Part shown: piece by piece, positions 62,122-64,000 of the stretch
How the letters are laid out: the number at the start of each line of letters is the position of its first letter
How positions within the stretch are numbered: position 1 is the first letter of the stretch
Assembly (NCBI RefSeq): GCF_009834535.1
Contig: NC_045730.1
Location: 26,040,001-26,104,000, forward strand
Reading direction: 5' to 3'
DNA: 64,000 nucleotides
Origin: Camelus ferus
Taxonomy: Eukaryota
The notes under the pieces: model-generated
The model's input: the letters and a program-made list of their open reading frames with translations, nothing else
Databases searched by the model: none
Told to the model about the DNA's origin: nothing
Made by a program: the position numbers and the translations under genes

Positions 62122-62613
62122 TGTCAACTGAAATAAGATGCACAACCTAAAAGTTGAGACTTTATTCAGTAGACTTTCTGAGTACTCGAGCCCCCGGAGG
62201 CAGCCTCTCAAATCCCACTAAGAGACTGTCCGCCCAGGCAAGGGCGGAGTCAGGATATATAGAAGTTTTTGCAACAAAGACTAGGTAGTCAGAACATCAA
62301 AAGATTACTGTTAATGGAAGAAAACCAGACATCTCAGGTTAAGGAATTTAGCCCTCTTCTATGGATGGGCAAGTCTGGGCCCACTGAGATCACGCCATTG
62401 ATGCACACCGAGCTCTCTAGGGCCAGTGTCCTATCTTCCACATCCTGAGTCCCCGCAGGGGTCATGGCTGGGGGTGGCAGCAGATGCTGGGGCACCTGCT
62501 GGTCTGCATCCTGAGTTCCCTCCGCTCACCGTCCGGGGCGGCAGTAGCGGCGATGACTTGATGGCCGCAGCGTCCTTTATGCACTGATGTGGCTGCAATA
62601 CTTATCATTCACA
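62122..62613 (-). mobile_element. Complete solo LTR, ERV1 (class I)-like, 492 bp
   Basis: Bounded by TG (62122) and CA (62613), with 4-bp TSD ACAG at 62118-62121 and 62614-62617. Minus-strand TATA (62256-62261) and AATAAA (62161-62166). Sequence resembles Laurasiatherian ERV1 LTRs (gatgcacaacctaaaagttgag; gggcaagtctgggcccactgagat). Confidence 0.88.
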
Positions 62614-64000
62614 ACAGCCACACACACATCACAGCACCGGCCGCACTGGCTCTGGTGTGTCAGTCGGTGTCTCAGTAGGTGGTGGACCAGGTGGGGGCGT
62701 GTTCAGTTGCAAGGTGAGGTGCTAAGGCTCTGTGGCTGAGAGAGGCCGAGGCTCTGCTCCAGGGCTGAGAGGAAGGGAGGGGAGGAGCTGGGGGCAGAGG
62801 AGGGAAGGCAGGGCCTCTGGCGGGGTTGGGGGGCTCGCAGGTAGGAGTGTGGGGTCAGCGGGCCTTGTGTGGGGGAGGGGAAGGGATGGGCAAAGCTTAG
62901 AGCAGTGACTGCCTTGACTACCAGGTTAAAATGTGGCTTTGCAAGCTGGCGAAGTGTGACCCCATGCAGAGCCGACCCTGGGAGGCTCAGCTTCACTTCC
63001 GGTGACCCTCCCAGGACACAAGGCCTGCAGGCGGTTAAAATAAATTCCAAATTACAAGCAGAGTAACTGTCAGAAAAAAAATCCTCATTTACAAAATGGA
63101 ATGAAAAAATAATTCCTTCTACCATGGTACCAAGGCCTCAAATTTGTGACCTGCAAATTCCTTTTTCAAAAAGCACTTGCGTTTATTCTGAGTCCATAGG
63201 GGATGCCAGGCCTGTGCTAAGAGTGTGTGACCACGGAGGAAAGCAGTGAGTTAATTCTCCTCCCGGAGGCCTAGTGAGCAAGCCTTCCTAAGGGGAGGAC
63301 CCTTGCAGAGCCCAGGGTTGGGCGGATGTGTCTCCCATTGGGCAAAAGCAGTAGATCTGGCTCAGAAAGCTGCGTGGCTGCAGACGCCGAGGAAACTCAG
63401 TGCCTGCAACTGGAGAGAGATATCAAGCATTCCTTTCCATGACTTCTTTATATGGAAATAAACTGGCCGACCAACCCATTGAACTAGGGTCCCAGTAAAT
63501 AGCCTGTATCTTCAGTCGCATGGAGGAGATGCTCTTTGAAAAGTTACATCTGACCAGATTTTACATTCTCTGTTGTATCCAAATGCGCAAAAGGGAGGTT
63601 AAAATTCTAACTGGAAATGCTTTCTGTAAAATTCCTCCTCAGTGATAAAATTAGGTAACCGTATTCTTTTCACAGACCATTTTTCCTTCAAGATCACACA
63701 AGGGTTTTCAGATGCGATGTCTTCACTGTCAAGTGTAAATCTTTGGTGCCGGACTGAAGACAAGACTACAGCGAATGAGAAGAATGTGCAGATAATAACC
63801 ACCCACAAGAAGACAAAGGGATTCGCCTTGAACTGAAAAGATTAAAGAGACTAGACTCATTTAATCCTAAGAGAATGGTTATTTAATGACAATCTTCATA
63901 TGTACATATGCATGGTTGCCACACAGGAAATGGCCAGTAACTGTTTTGTGCCTTTATGTGAAAAAAGTAAAAGGAAGCAGTGAAACCGAGCAGCAGCAGA

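Noticed and set aside
28-63836. The many 60-200 aa ORFs in the six-frame track
   Set aside because: They are short, overlap on both strands, are rich in Pro/Arg/Gly/Ala as expected from GC-rich non-coding DNA, and contain no recognisable domains. The exceptions are the decayed L1 ORF2 pieces.

Overview
Mammalian genomic DNA, most likely from a camelid (alpaca, llama or camel). The evidence is a tRNA-Ala-derived vic-1-type SINE at 2522-2660 and several young L1 3' tails. I recognise no intact protein-coding exon, RNA gene, CRISPR array or prokaryotic system. The only recognisable protein sequences are decayed LINE-1 ORF2 pieces: the endonuclease N-terminus (~53225-54025, minus) and the C-terminal Cys-rich domain (~35370-35620, minus). 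The window reads as intronic or intergenic sequence from a GC-rich region. It holds old repeats (MIR, L2, L1M, MLT1, a Charlie-like fragment), young L1 fragments, a complete ERV1-class solo LTR with a 4-bp TSD, (TG)n tracts, six N gaps and several CpG-rich patches. The most notable observations are: (i) old AT-rich L1 3' UTRs locally converted to CpG-rich sequence, suggesting GC-biased gene conversion; (ii) an L1MC-like copy made only of 5' and 3' termini; (iii) a 5'-inverted L1 nested in an older L1; (iv) candidate + strand microexons and exons; (v) promoter- or enhancer-like motif clusters. I found no convincing new biological system. Repeat subfamily names come from recalled consensus sequences, boundaries of old repeats are approximate, and both need RepeatMasker/Dfam confirmation. 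The host locus could not be identified.
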